Translations under genes and position numbers: made by a program | The notes under the pieces: model-generated | Told to the model about the DNA's origin: nothing | What the model saw: only the letters and a program-made list of their open reading frames with translations | Database searches by the model: none | Shown: positions 44,098 to 53,051 of the stretch, in pieces | Layout of the letters: each line of letters starts with the position of its first letter | Position numbering within the stretch: the first letter of the stretch is position 1 | Source of the DNA: Minisyncoccota bacterium | GTDB lineage: Bacteria > Patescibacteriota > Minisyncoccia > Phycocordibacterales > Phycocordibacteraceae | Reading direction: 5' to 3' | Assembly (NCBI GenBank): GCA_041666305.1 | Contig: JBAYHD010000005.1 | Location: 1-55,207 of the forward strand | DNA: 55,207 nucleotides

Positions 44098-45567
44098 ATG
44101 GCGCGGATTGCACGACCGCCCGTCATCGCGGTGATGGGCCATATAGACCATGGCAAGTCTTCCCTTCTCGATTACATCCGGAAGGCAAATATTGTCGCGG
44201 GCGAGGCGGGCGGCATCACTCAGCACGTCGCCGCATATATCGCGCTCCACAACGATCGTGCGGTCACCTTCCTCGACACGCCCGGCCACGAAGCGTTCAA
44301 GGCGCTCCGCACGCGCGGCGCGGCCGCGGCCGACATCAGTATCCTCGTCGTCGCCGCAGATGAGGGAGTGATGCCGCAGACGCTTGATGCGCTTGCTGCG
44401 ATCAAAGAAGCCGGCATCCCATTCATCGTTGCCATTACAAAAATAGACAAGAACAACGCCGACATTGAGCATGCAAAAAATTCAATGCTTGAGCACGGCA
44501 TCTATCTGGAAGGACTTGGCGGCGATATCGCGTACGCGCTCATTTCCTCCAAAACCGGCGAAGGCATACCGGAATTGCTTGATCTGGTACTTCTCGCGGC
44601 TGATCTTGCAGAGATAACTGCCGATGCTGATGCTCCGGCGACCGGATTCGTTTTGGAATCCACGCAAGACCCGAAGCGCGGTGCATCGGCGACGCTCATC
44701 GTGAAGGACGGCACACTCACTCTTGACGGGTTCATCGTTGCGGCCGACGCATTTGCCCCGATACGTTTCATTGAGGACTTCCGCGGCAAGCGCATAGAGC
44801 GCGCGGGACCTTCGGAGCCGGCGCGCATTTCAGGATTCAGCAAATTGCCAGCGGCCGGCTCTCTTTTCAGCATCGTAAAAACAAAGAAGGAAGCCGAGGC
44901 GCTTGCAAAAGAAAATGCGAAAGAGCTCGCCGCACTTCCCGAACGCACCGCATCAGTGGAAGGCATCGCTGAATTGCCTCTCGTCATAAAAGCAGACGTC
45001 GCCGGCTCCGTGGACGCCATCGAACATGAGCTCGCAAAGATCACGCACGAACGCGCCTCAGTGCGCATCCTATCGTCCGGCGTCGGGAGTGTGTCGGAGA
45101 CCGATGTGAAGACCGCATACGCTGCGGGCGGTGTCATCATTGCATTCAATACCGGGACTGATGCTATCGCTCGTGATCTTGCTGAGCGCGAACACGTGGT
45201 CATAGAAACGTTCTCTATTATTTACGAACTTACGGCAAAAATTGAAGAACTTCTTGCCAAATGCGTGCCGAGCGTTGCGACCGAAAAAGAGCTCGGCCGC
45301 GCGCTCGTGCTCAAAGCATTTTCTTCAAGCGCCAAAAAGCAAGTGCTCGGCGCGCGCTACGTCTCGGGCATCCTCACCGTCGGCAATCGTATGAAGCTAT
45401 TGCGCAAGGGCGAGGAAATCGCGCGCGGAAGCATCGGCAATCTCCAGCAAGCGCGCGCCGACGTGAAAGAGATAAAGACCGAAGGCGATTTCGGCACCGA
45501 AATCGAATGCCGCGAGAATGCTATTTACGGCGATGAGATTGTCGCATTCGTCGTTGCTGAATCATGA
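44098..45567 (+). CDS. infB: Translation initiation factor IF-2 (begins at the G domain)
   Basis: 489 aa; [26 protein letters not shown]. Confidence 0.93.
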   Translation: MARIARPPVIAVMGHIDHGKSSLLDYIRKANIVAGEAGGITQHVAAYIALHNDRAVTFLDTPGHEAFKALRTRGAAAADISILVVAADEGVMPQTLDALAAIKEAGIPFIVAITKIDKNNADIEHAKNSMLEHGIYLEGLGGDIAYALISSKTGEGIPELLDLVLLAADLAEITADADAPATGFVLESTQDPKRGASATLIVKDGTLTLDGFIVAADAFAPIRFIEDFRGKRIERAGPSEPARISGFSKLPAAGSLFSIVKTKKEAEALAKENAKELAALPERTASVEGIAELPLVIKADVAGSVDAIEHELAKITHERASVRILSSGVGSVSETDVKTAYAAGGVIIAFNTGTDAIARDLAEREHVVIETFSIIYELTAKIEELLAKCVPSVATEKELGRALVLKAFSSSAKKQVLGARYVSGILTVGNRMKLLRKGEEIARGSIGNLQQARADVKEIKTEGDFGTEIECRENAIYGDEIVAFVVAES

Positions 45568-45887
45568 ACCCTGACTCCCGCTCCAAGAGTCCGCGCCGAC
45601 AAAGCGACAAAGCCGCGGAGATAGTCGCGCATGAAGCGGCGCAATTCATCGCACGCGAAGCGGGTAGTGAATCGCTCATCACCGTCATCCGCGCACAAAG
45701 CGTCGCCCACGGCGATCGAGTCATTGTGTTCGTGAGCGTGTTCCCCATCGAAAAAGCCCGCAATGCAATCGCTTTTCTCGAACGCCAACGCGAAGCGTTT
45801 TCCGATTACTTGAAACAGCATGCACGCTTACGCCTCCCACGTATCGACTTCCAACTCGATAACGGTGAACTGTCAGGCGAATTATAG
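45564..45887 (+). CDS. rbfA: Ribosome-binding factor A
   Basis: 107 aa; ATGA overlap with infB; RbfA-like layout ending ..LPRIDFQLD. Confidence 0.7.
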   Translation: MNPDSRSKSPRRQSDKAAEIVAHEAAQFIAREAGSESLITVIRAQSVAHGDRVIVFVSVFPIEKARNAIAFLERQREAFSDYLKQHARLRLPRIDFQLDNGELSGEL

Positions 45888-45935
45888 GTGTGGATTAGTA
45901 AATTATCGTGCAGGATATATTGTTATCATATCTAT

Positions 45936-46667
45936 ATGGGAGTTAAGTATGATAGTAATGAGAAGTTCTTTGATATCTGGGGTCCTGAAATGGCATACGT
46001 GCTTGGCTTTATGTTTGCGGACGGAAGCCTTGAGGATGCATCTTACCTCCGAGGAAAATATGTCCGCGTAAGCAGTACCGACAAAGATCGCATCGTAGCA
46101 ATAAAATCCCTTCTTAATTCAGAGCATACGATTGTCCGACGCGATCTTGGAGGAAATCATAAGACGACCTATCTGTTACGTATTGGCAGCCATACTCTCT
46201 TTGATCGTCTCGCCAGTTTAGGAGTGACGCCCCACAAATCGCTTACGATGCAGTTCCCAAAAATGCCGCCCAAATATCTTGCTGATTTCGTTCGTGGTTA
46301 TTTCGATGGAGACGGATGTGCTTACATAGACAAAGGATTGGATGGGCGGCCGAAACGATTGCTCTCCGTATTCACAAGCGGCAGCAAATCCTTCCTAGAA
46401 GGTTTGCACACCAGCTTGGTATCGAATATCGGGATTATCGGTACCGGATTGCATCCTCATGGCAGTACACATGGAGCATATCAATTGCGTTATTCAACTC
46501 GCGATAGCCTCCGATTGTTTCAACTCATGTATAAGGGCATCGTCCCGAAGAAACTACATCTTCAGCGAAAATACGATATATTTACCTGGTACCTCAAGAA
46601 ACGAAACCTCCCCATTAGAGACATTTCGTTTGTTCTGGAACAAGCTGGCCCGATGGTGAAGCGGTAA
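45936..46667 (+). CDS. Free-standing double-motif LAGLIDADG homing endonuclease
   Basis: Start trimmed to MGVKYDSNEKFF; motifs YVLGFMFADGSL and FVRGYFDGDGCAY. Visibly AT-richer than its flanks. Its last 21 nt overlap tRNA-Cys. Confidence 0.85.
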   Translation: MGVKYDSNEKFFDIWGPEMAYVLGFMFADGSLEDASYLRGKYVRVSSTDKDRIVAIKSLLNSEHTIVRRDLGGNHKTTYLLRIGSHTLFDRLASLGVTPHKSLTMQFPKMPPKYLADFVRGYFDGDGCAYIDKGLDGRPKRLLSVFTSGSKSFLEGLHTSLVSNIGIIGTGLHPHGSTHGAYQLRYSTRDSLRLFQLMYKGIVPKKLHLQRKYDIFTWYLKKRNLPIRDISFVLEQAGPMVKR

Positions 46668-46718
46668 CACATCGCTCTGCAAAAGCGACATGCGCGGGTT
46701 CGATTCCCGCTCGGGCCT
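46647..46718 (+). tRNA. tRNA-Cys(GCA)
   Basis: Acceptor GGCCCGA/TCGGGCC, anticodon stem TCGCT/AGCGA, loop CTGCAAA, T-loop TTCGATT. Its 5' 21 nt are overlapped by the LAGLIDADG ORF. Confidence 0.85.
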
Positions 46719-46749
46719 CATGGATAAAAATGTATTATGATGAAGGTTC

Positions 46750-46840
46750 GCCGGGATGGCGAAATTGGTTAGACGCACAGGACTTAAAATCCTGAGAGGG
46801 CCTAAAAACCTTCATGTGGGTTCGACTCCCACTCCCGGCA
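46750..46840 (+). tRNA. tRNA-Leu(TAA)
   Basis: Acceptor GCCGGGA/TCCCGGC, anticodon stem CAGGA/TCCTG, loop CTTAAAA, long variable arm, T-arm GTGGG-TTCGACT-CCCAC. Confidence 0.85.
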
Positions 46841-46858
46841 CAAATGCAAAAGAACCAT

Positions 46859-47668
46859 ATGCGCATAGGAGTTTTTGATTCCGGATTCGGCGGATTACAC
46901 GTCCTGCGCTCCATCGTGCGCGCACTTCCCCAGTATGACTACGTGTATCTCGGTGATACCGCGCGCACGCCCTATGGCGATCGCACACAAGAAACGATAT
47001 ATGCATTCACGAAGCAGGCGGTGAATTTCCTTTTCAAGCATGACTGCGCACTCGTCATCCTTGCGTGCAACACCGCTTCAAGCGAAGCTCTTCGAAAGAT
47101 ACAGCGCGAGTATCTGCCGAAGCACGGCAACGGGAGAAACGTGCTCGGCGTTCTCATTCCAGCCGCAGAAGAAGCAATATTGAAAACAAGAAACAAGAAA
47201 ATCGGCGTCATTGCGACGAGTGGAACGGTCGCATCAAAAACATTCGTGCGGGAACTCACCAAACTCGACCCAAATGTAAAAGTATTTCAAAAAGCCTGCC
47301 CGCTTCTCGTCCCGCTTGTGGAAGCGGGCGAACAAAATTCGCCTGAGACGGAAATGATACTAAAGCGCTATCTCGCTCCTCTGTTGCAAAAAAAGATTGA
47401 TACGCTCATCCTCGGCTGCACGCACTACGGCATTCTGGAGAAAAAAATTCGCGCCATCGTCGGACCCAAGGTAAATATCATATCGGAAGCAAAAGTCGTG
47501 CCAAAAAAATTGGCGCGGTATTTACGAAAACATAGCGAGCTCGAAAAAAATCTCGACAAGCGCTCGACGGTGCACTTTTATTCCACCGATCGCACCGATA
47601 GTTTCCAGATACTCGGCAGTAAATTCTTCGGCCGACCGATAGAAGTCGAACAAGCAACGCTCGATTAG
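46859..47668 (+). CDS. murI: Glutamate racemase
   Basis: Start trimmed to MRIGVFDSGFGG; ACNTAS and GCTHY catalytic Cys motifs. Confidence 0.9.
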   Translation: MRIGVFDSGFGGLHVLRSIVRALPQYDYVYLGDTARTPYGDRTQETIYAFTKQAVNFLFKHDCALVILACNTASSEALRKIQREYLPKHGNGRNVLGVLIPAAEEAILKTRNKKIGVIATSGTVASKTFVRELTKLDPNVKVFQKACPLLVPLVEAGEQNSPETEMILKRYLAPLLQKKIDTLILGCTHYGILEKKIRAIVGPKVNIISEAKVVPKKLARYLRKHSELEKNLDKRSTVHFYSTDRTDSFQILGSKFFGRPIEVEQATLD

Positions 47669-47672
47669 ATAG

Positions 47673-47755
47673 TGCTGGGAAGAGGACTCGAACCTCCAAT
47701 GGGTTGCCCCGCTAGCTCCTAAGGCTAGTGCGTCTACCAATTTCGCCATCCCAGC
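47673..47755 (-). tRNA. tRNA-Leu(TAG)
   Basis: Acceptor GCTGGGA/TCCCAGC, anticodon stem CTAGC/GCTAG, loop CTTAGGA, variable arm, T-loop TTCGAGT. Confidence 0.85.
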
Positions 47756-47796
47756 GCTTTCAAAGCATACTATCATTTGTTATATTCTGTAATGTC

Positions 47797-47869
47797 GCAC
47801 CTATAGCTCAGTTGGTAGAGCAGCTCCCTCTTAAGGAGACGGTCCCTGGTTCGAGCCCAGGTAGGTGCA
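47797..47869 (+). tRNA. tRNA-Lys(CTT)
   Basis: Acceptor GCACCTA/TAGGTGC, D-arm GCTCAGTTGGTAGAGC, anticodon loop CTCTTAA, T-arm CCTGG-TTCGAGC-CCAGG. Confidence 0.85.
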
Positions 47870-47873
47870 CCGC

Positions 47874-47901
47874 TTGACTTTTCCGTAGTTTCGTGTATTA
47901 T
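47874..47901 (+). promoter_or_regulatory. Sigma-70-like promoter
   Basis: TTGACT-N16-TATTAT upstream of the SPFH-like gene. Confidence 0.6.
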
Positions 47902-47951
47902 GCACCGCAGAGTGCAGCTCTTTCCGCTGCTCATATACAAGGAGAAACTTC

Positions 47952-49331
47952 ATGTTCGAACTCTTGATTGGTTTGATCCTCTTGGTGGTGATTGCCGTAT
48001 TGGTGATCGCCGTCATTCTGTTGCTTTCTAACCTTGGGGCCTATTTCACAAAGATAGCCCAAGGTACGACGGCATTCATAACTGCCGGCGAAAGCTTGCA
48101 GGAAATCGTGCCGAATATCGGCGGATACAAGATGTCCGAAGCCGTCGATCTCGAAGGCCAGCGCTGGCTCGTTCCAGCAAAGGATGAAAAAGAACAGATC
48201 ATTGCACTTTTCCGCGACGCAATGTTTGGAACCGTATGGTTCCAGAAATTGTTGTGGAAGAAATTCGGCGTGAAGTTCATAAGCCTGTTCTGGCCGCATA
48301 CTCGTATCCACGAGTTCGACATACGGAAAGGTGGGCGACGGAGAATCGAGGCGCGTAACGAAGTTGGTGCGGATGCACCTCTTCGCTCTCGCGTGATTGA
48401 TTCGCCGGTGAAAGAAACTGTCGTTGATTCATTGTTATTCCTCGCTCCACGACCGGTGTACATGGAAGGAGTGGAACTGGCGGGGGATAACTCGAAGATC
48501 AATCTGTTGCTTCTACCGGTATTCCGGCAAGTGATTCCATCGCTGCCGGTATTCAACCTGAAAGGAGACTTCTTTACACTTCTAGACGCTGCCATAGAAG
48601 CGGCGGTAGTGGACTTCTTTGCGAAACACCGCGTCGCGGTATACAAAGGAGAAAAGGACGATCCGAGGAAGGGACAGCTTGCCGGTGATTCATATGATCC
48701 GGCACAAGCAGCCCAGCAAGAAGAAAGCCCCCTGACGTACGCTCATTGGCTCAAGCTGACTAAAGCCGGCGAAGGATCGCCATTGGAAAAAAGGCTTCGT
48801 CATCTTAACGTCAGTAGAGAGTATGTGAAAAAACTGGCAGATAAGCAGAAAGCGGAACTTGTCGCGTACATCAAAAGCGACTTGGTTCATGCGGATGATG
48901 CTGCCGACATACCTGTCGGCAATGTTGCTCAAATGATTCCAAGCGGAATCGTTCCTCGATTCGGATACGCTCTGGTGAGCTTCAGGATCGTTGAATGGGA
49001 ACCGCACAAAAGCACTGAACCCTTGGCGAAAGCACTTCTAGCTAAGGAAACGGAGCTCCATGCGGCTGAAGGTGTCCGGCAAAAATCTCTCGGAGAAAGG
49101 GATTCCAAGGTGGCAAATGCGACGGGAGATTCATCCCTCGTTACGCAAGTCATGGACGCGTTCACAAAGCATAACGTGGACGCAAACGTGGCCGCAGGAG
49201 TCCTCGAAACGATGGTTCGGACCAAAAACATCGGCGGTAGTCAAATCACCACCTATGTTGAGGGAGGAGCCTCTGCTTCAGTGATGGTCCCCACTTCACC
49301 TTCTGTTTCAACCAAAAAGGAGACGGCATGA
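47952..49331 (+). CDS. Membrane-anchored SPFH/band-7-like protein (tentative)
   Basis: 459 aa; N-terminal TM helix; SPFH-like beginning (FTKIAQGTTAFI..) and a coiled-coil-rich C-terminal part; AAGGAGA SD; TTGACT-N16-TATTAT promoter. Confidence 0.45.
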   Translation: MFELLIGLILLVVIAVLVIAVILLLSNLGAYFTKIAQGTTAFITAGESLQEIVPNIGGYKMSEAVDLEGQRWLVPAKDEKEQIIALFRDAMFGTVWFQKLLWKKFGVKFISLFWPHTRIHEFDIRKGGRRRIEARNEVGADAPLRSRVIDSPVKETVVDSLLFLAPRPVYMEGVELAGDNSKINLLLLPVFRQVIPSLPVFNLKGDFFTLLDAAIEAAVVDFFAKHRVAVYKGEKDDPRKGQLAGDSYDPAQAAQQEESPLTYAHWLKLTKAGEGSPLEKRLRHLNVSREYVKKLADKQKAELVAYIKSDLVHADDAADIPVGNVAQMIPSGIVPRFGYALVSFRIVEWEPHKSTEPLAKALLAKETELHAAEGVRQKSLGERDSKVANATGDSSLVTQVMDAFTKHNVDANVAAGVLETMVRTKNIGGSQITTYVEGGASASVMVPTSPSVSTKKETA

Positions 49332-50032
49332 TGGACAGCCCTATTCTGTTCGCCTTATCTGTTGTGGCTGGAATCCTGGTTTCGTTGGCCCTGTTCCTTT
49401 GGGTTGCAATTAAACGTAAATCCGGGAAGAAGCAATCCAACGGGGATTCTACCTCCCCGTCGGGCGGCAAAGGCGAAAAAGGACGGTTTATGAAGTATTG
49501 GTGGACCGTCCCAGCCGTTCTCGTTGGCTTCGCCGGTGTGTGGTGGCTCTGGGGGAAAATATCCACCATGAGTTTCCGCTTCACCTTCCCTGATGTGTCG
49601 GGGGCTGCTGTGCCATTCGCAATCATCGCGGGGGCAGTGATCGTCTTCACTCACCTCTTCAAAGGCGATTGGGCAGCAACCGCCCGGAAAGTAACGTGGT
49701 CGTCGGTGGTAGTCTTTATCGCCATCGGCTTACTCTCCCTTTACGGGGATTGGAAGAACGAAGCTCTCGGCACTTCACAACAGGCGCAACAAGCCTGCTC
49801 GCCCATCAGCGATGCGAAGGTGCATCGTTGCGTGCTGAACGAACGACCGCAGGTCTTTACCACCGAGCAGCTTGCCTATTCGGAAGCGCTTGAGTTCTGC
49901 ATCGTGCGGCCAACGGGCACCGCGTATGAGAGCAAAAAAGTCGGGCCAAACTCGTTTGAGGTGAGAAGCACGAACGGGACGTTCCCGATCGAGTACAAGC
50001 TCCTCAAGGGAAATTGCCCCGATAAGTTCTGA
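49328..50032 (+). CDS. Hypothetical 4-TM membrane protein with Cys-containing C-terminal domain
   Basis: 234 aa; ATGA overlap with the SPFH-like gene. Confidence 0.5.
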   Translation: MMDSPILFALSVVAGILVSLALFLWVAIKRKSGKKQSNGDSTSPSGGKGEKGRFMKYWWTVPAVLVGFAGVWWLWGKISTMSFRFTFPDVSGAAVPFAIIAGAVIVFTHLFKGDWAATARKVTWSSVVVFIAIGLLSLYGDWKNEALGTSQQAQQACSPISDAKVHRCVLNERPQVFTTEQLAYSEALEFCIVRPTGTAYESKKVGPNSFEVRSTNGTFPIEYKLLKGNCPDKF

Positions 50033-50058
50033 AGCTGTACATTCGGCGAAAGCCAAAA

Positions 50059-50086
50059 GGCCGCGCGCAATGCGTGGCCTTTTTTT
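50059..50086. terminator. Bidirectional intrinsic terminator between convergent operons
   Basis: GGCCGCGC-GCAAT-GCGTGGCC flanked by an A-run and TTTTTTT. Confidence 0.8.
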
Positions 50087-50102
50087 CTTTTCCACTTCCC
50101 TT

Positions 50103-50381
50103 TTATTGCCCTCGTATCGTTTGGCGGATGTCCGGAAGATTGAACGTGCCGAGCGCGATATTAATGACGCCGTACGCACCGAATATGATGACGAGCCCCA
50201 CGAGACCCCATAAGATAGCGCTCTTGCCCTCTTTGCGCTTCGTTTCGTCCCCCGCGTGCGCAATGAACTCAAACACACCCCAGAGGAACACCACGAACGC
50301 GACCGCTGCAAGAAGCAGGATTATCGGATCGATAATCTGCGTAACAACCCTCCCGAGGAAATTATTGAGTGTGGCGAACAT
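50103..50381 (-). CDS. Small T4SS-pilin-like (TrbC/VirB2-like) membrane protein, paralogue 1
   Basis: 92 aa; two TM helices flanking a charged loop: AAVAFVVFLWGVFEFI..GDETKRKEGKSAILWGLVGLVII. Confidence 0.65.
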   Translation of the reverse strand: MFATLNNFLGRVVTQIIDPIILLLAAVAFVVFLWGVFEFIAHAGDETKRKEGKSAILWGLVGLVIIFGAYGVINIALGTFNLPDIRQTIRGQ

Positions 50382-50756
50382 TTACCCGCCGACCTGAACG
50401 CCTGAACTAGGAGTTGTGCTCGGACCGGTCGAATCACCAAAAGTGATGGTACCGGTCAGGATGTTCACCAGACCCCAGACGGAGACCATCACGAAGAAGC
50501 CGATGAGGCCCCAGAGCATGAGGTTCTTACCCTTCTCTTTCACCTCCTCGGAATTGGCGCCGAGAATGAACGTATCGAACGCTCCCCAGAGGAAGACGAT
50601 GAACGCCACCGCGAAGAGCACCGGGACGAGGATGTTGTTGATGGTATTGATAATGAACGAACCGACGTCGGAAATGTTGCTGACCGCGGCCATAGAGACG
50701 AGCGGGAGCGCAAATGCGACGAGTGTTCCTGTTGTGAGGGCTAGAGCTTTTTTCAT
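50382..50756 (-). CDS. Small T4SS-pilin-like membrane protein, paralogue 2
   Basis: Start trimmed to MKKALALTTG (signal peptide); NILVPVLFAVAFIVFLWGAF..EEVKEKGKNLMLWGLIGFFVMVSVWGLVNI. Confidence 0.65.
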   Translation of the reverse strand: MKKALALTTGTLVAFALPLVSMAAVSNISDVGSFIINTINNILVPVLFAVAFIVFLWGAFDTFILGANSEEVKEKGKNLMLWGLIGFFVMVSVWGLVNILTGTITFGDSTGPSTTPSSGVQVGG

Positions 50757-50849
50757 AGTATGGGTAAGTGAATAACGGATTAATTGTAACGTTTCTGTTG
50801 TCGCGGTCAATGAGATTCCGCGCGGTATGTGGATAGCCTTACCAACGTG

Positions 50850-51773
50850 CTAACACGAGTATGGGTCCCCATTATCGTCATAGCAGGTACCCGTCGTAGT
50901 TTGGGGTGGACAAGATGCGGTATCAAATGCTTGGCTTCCATCCCAACAGGTAACATACGACTGCGTAGTGGCAACACAATTTCCGTTGGCATCTACAGTC
51001 CCCTCGTGGTCATAGGCATCTAAGCAGTAAGATCCAAGTCCTGGGCTCGTACCGCCCGATGCCGATGCTTCACAAGTTGGATAACCTAAACTCATGCCGC
51101 ACGTGAGCCCCGTGGCACAAGGAGAATACGTGCAGTCCGCTCCGAGACCGACAGCGCTAATCTGCGCATTCTGGATAGTTGCGCTAGGATTTGGATACAC
51201 CGAATAATAAGAGGCTGAATACGCTGCTTGAGCCGCCTGACAATCGGCGCTCGTACTGCTCGAACTGCAAACGCCTTGCATAGAGTTGTACTGAGTCGTC
51301 AGTGCCGCGACCTGGGCAGGAGTTATGGTCACCGAGCCTCCTCCTGTTGTTGCCGCCGGCGGATTCCCGAATATGGAATTTGCCCCCGTTGAAGAGACTC
51401 CACCAACGTTGCCGATGGTCGGATACGCCGGTGCCTGGCCGACCGAGAGACCGAGCGTGCTCATGAAGATGTTCACAATGCCCCAAAGCGACAGGATGAC
51501 GACAAACCCAATAACGCCCCAGAGCGTGAATTTTCGACCGTCCTCGCGGCTTTTCTCTTCGGAGGCGCCTTGAATGAAGTATTTGTACACGCCGAAGAGG
51601 AATACGATGAACGCGATAGCCATCAAAACCGGCACGAGGATGCCATTGATGACGCCGATGATGCTATTGGAGTAGTTCTGCAAATAGGACACATTGACGC
51701 CGGTCTGCGCAGCCGCTACAAACGGCGCGCCGAAAGACGCGACGGGAGCGGCGAATCGGAAGATTTTTTTCAT
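50850..51773 (-). CDS. T4SS-pilin-like protein, paralogue 3, with Cys-rich C-terminal extension
   Basis: 307 aa; signal peptide, GILVPVLMAIAFIVFLFGVY..EEKSREDGRKFTLWGVIGFVVILSLWGIVNI, then a ~190-aa Cys/Gly/Ser/Thr-rich tail. Confidence 0.65.
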   Translation of the reverse strand: MKKIFRFAAPVASFGAPFVAAAQTGVNVSYLQNYSNSIIGVINGILVPVLMAIAFIVFLFGVYKYFIQGASEEKSREDGRKFTLWGVIGFVVILSLWGIVNIFMSTLGLSVGQAPAYPTIGNVGGVSSTGANSIFGNPPAATTGGGSVTITPAQVAALTTQYNSMQGVCSSSSTSADCQAAQAAYSASYYSVYPNPSATIQNAQISAVGLGADCTYSPCATGLTCGMSLGYPTCEASASGGTSPGLGSYCLDAYDHEGTVDANGNCVATTQSYVTCWDGSQAFDTASCPPQTTTGTCYDDNGDPYSC

Positions 51774-51787
51774 ATTTTATTCTGGCG

Positions 51788-52192
51788 TTATATACAATTC
51801 CCGCTCGCGTCTTTCGGGCATTCTGTATAGACCGTTCCTCCCGCTCCCGTCGTTCCGTAGGGAGAGATGGATGACGGTGTCGGGGGCGCGTAGTAACCTG
51901 CGAGACCAAAGGTGTTCGCAACCACATTCACGAGTCCCCAGACGGATATCATTACCACAAATGCGATGATGCCCCACAAAAGAAGCTTGTGCCCTTCCGA
52001 CACCTTTGCCGGATCGCCTCCCGAGAAAATATACGCCTTGGCGATGCCGTACAGGAATACGATGAAGGCAATGGCGAACAAGACCGGTACCAGGACATTA
52101 TTGATGAGGTAAAGGATGTTTTGCGCGACCGCGCAGAGCGTATTCGTGCACACATTACCGATCGATATGCCAAGTCCAAAAGAAATATTCAT
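51788..52192 (-). CDS. T4SS-pilin-like protein, paralogue 4
   Basis: 134 aa; NVLVPVLFAIAFIVFLYGIA..DPAKVSEGHKLLLWGIIAFVVMISVWGLVNV. Confidence 0.65.
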   Translation of the reverse strand: MNISFGLGISIGNVCTNTLCAVAQNILYLINNVLVPVLFAIAFIVFLYGIAKAYIFSGGDPAKVSEGHKLLLWGIIAFVVMISVWGLVNVVANTFGLAGYYAPPTPSSISPYGTTGAGGTVYTECPKDASGNCI

Positions 52193-52210
52193 ACGTTCCA
52201 GTATACCGAA

Positions 52211-52486
52211 TTATGGCTGCGGCATGATGCCGAGCGTGGATAACACTATATTTACGAATCCCCAAACGGAGAAAAGCACCACTATGCCGATGAGACCCCA
52301 AACGATGAATTTCCGCCCTTCTTCGCGCTTGGCTTCTTCATCGCCGTGGAGAAAAAAATAATTCACCACACCCCATATGAACGCTGCGAAGGCGAAGGCG
52401 AAGATGACCGGAACGACGACCATATTCAGAAGGCCGATGATGCCCGAGGAGCCGTCGCCGATGAAATTCTTTAAACTTGTGCCCAT
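52211..52486 (-). CDS. T4SS-pilin-like protein, paralogue 5
   Basis: 91 aa; MVVVPVIFAFAFAAFIWGVV..DEEAKREEGRKFIVWGLIGIVVLFSVWGFVNI. Confidence 0.65.
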   Translation of the reverse strand: MGTSLKNFIGDGSSGIIGLLNMVVVPVIFAFAFAAFIWGVVNYFFLHGDEEAKREEGRKFIVWGLIGIVVLFSVWGFVNIVLSTLGIMPQP

Positions 52487-52487
52487 A

Positions 52488-53051
52488 TCAACCGCCGAGC
52501 GCCTGGATGGTCGCCTGGACGCCGGAGGCTATCGCTTGCGCGCCAAGCAACACCAATGCTCCAATGACGGTCCAAAGAAGCGCCGTGCGCGCTGTCGTTA
52601 TCTTCCCTGGATCGCCCCGTGCAACGACAAAAAGGAAACCGACGTAGACGAGCATCAAAACAACCACGACCGCACCGATCTGGATCACGAGCCTTAGAAT
52701 GCTCGTAAGAAAAGAGGAAAGACATGTGCCATTACTGCTGCAGGAAGTATTGCCGAGCGGGTTGATGAGCGTGGTAGCGGGTCCGGGAGGAGTTACGGTA
52801 CCGCCTGAACCGCCTGTGGTTCCCCCACTACCGACCGTTCCTCCGGAACCTCCGGTTGTACTGCCCGAAGCAGTACAGGAGAGAACAGTATCCGTACCCA
52901 CTTCTACCGATACACAGGTGCCGGTATTTCCGTTGTAAGTACACACATCATTCACATTCTTGCCTGTACAGCCCTGCGCACTTGCAAAAAGTGGTGTGCC
53001 GAAAGATGCGGCAAGAATGAAAGCGGTGACGACGAAAATTCGTGTGTTCAT
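52488..53051 (-). CDS. TrbC/VirB2-like pilin-type protein, paralogue 6, with Cys/Gly-rich N-terminal domain
   Basis: Start trimmed to MNTRIFVVTAFILAASFGTPLFASAQG (ATGA overlap with the SBP gene). It has a GGSGGTV repeats linker and a C-terminal two-TM hairpin VVVLMLVYVGFLFVVARGDPGKITTARTALLWTVIGALVLLG. Confidence 0.6.
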   Translation of the reverse strand: MNTRIFVVTAFILAASFGTPLFASAQGCTGKNVNDVCTYNGNTGTCVSVEVGTDTVLSCTASGSTTGGSGGTVGSGGTTGGSGGTVTPPGPATTLINPLGNTSCSSNGTCLSSFLTSILRLVIQIGAVVVVLMLVYVGFLFVVARGDPGKITTARTALLWTVIGALVLLGAQAIASGVQATIQALGG

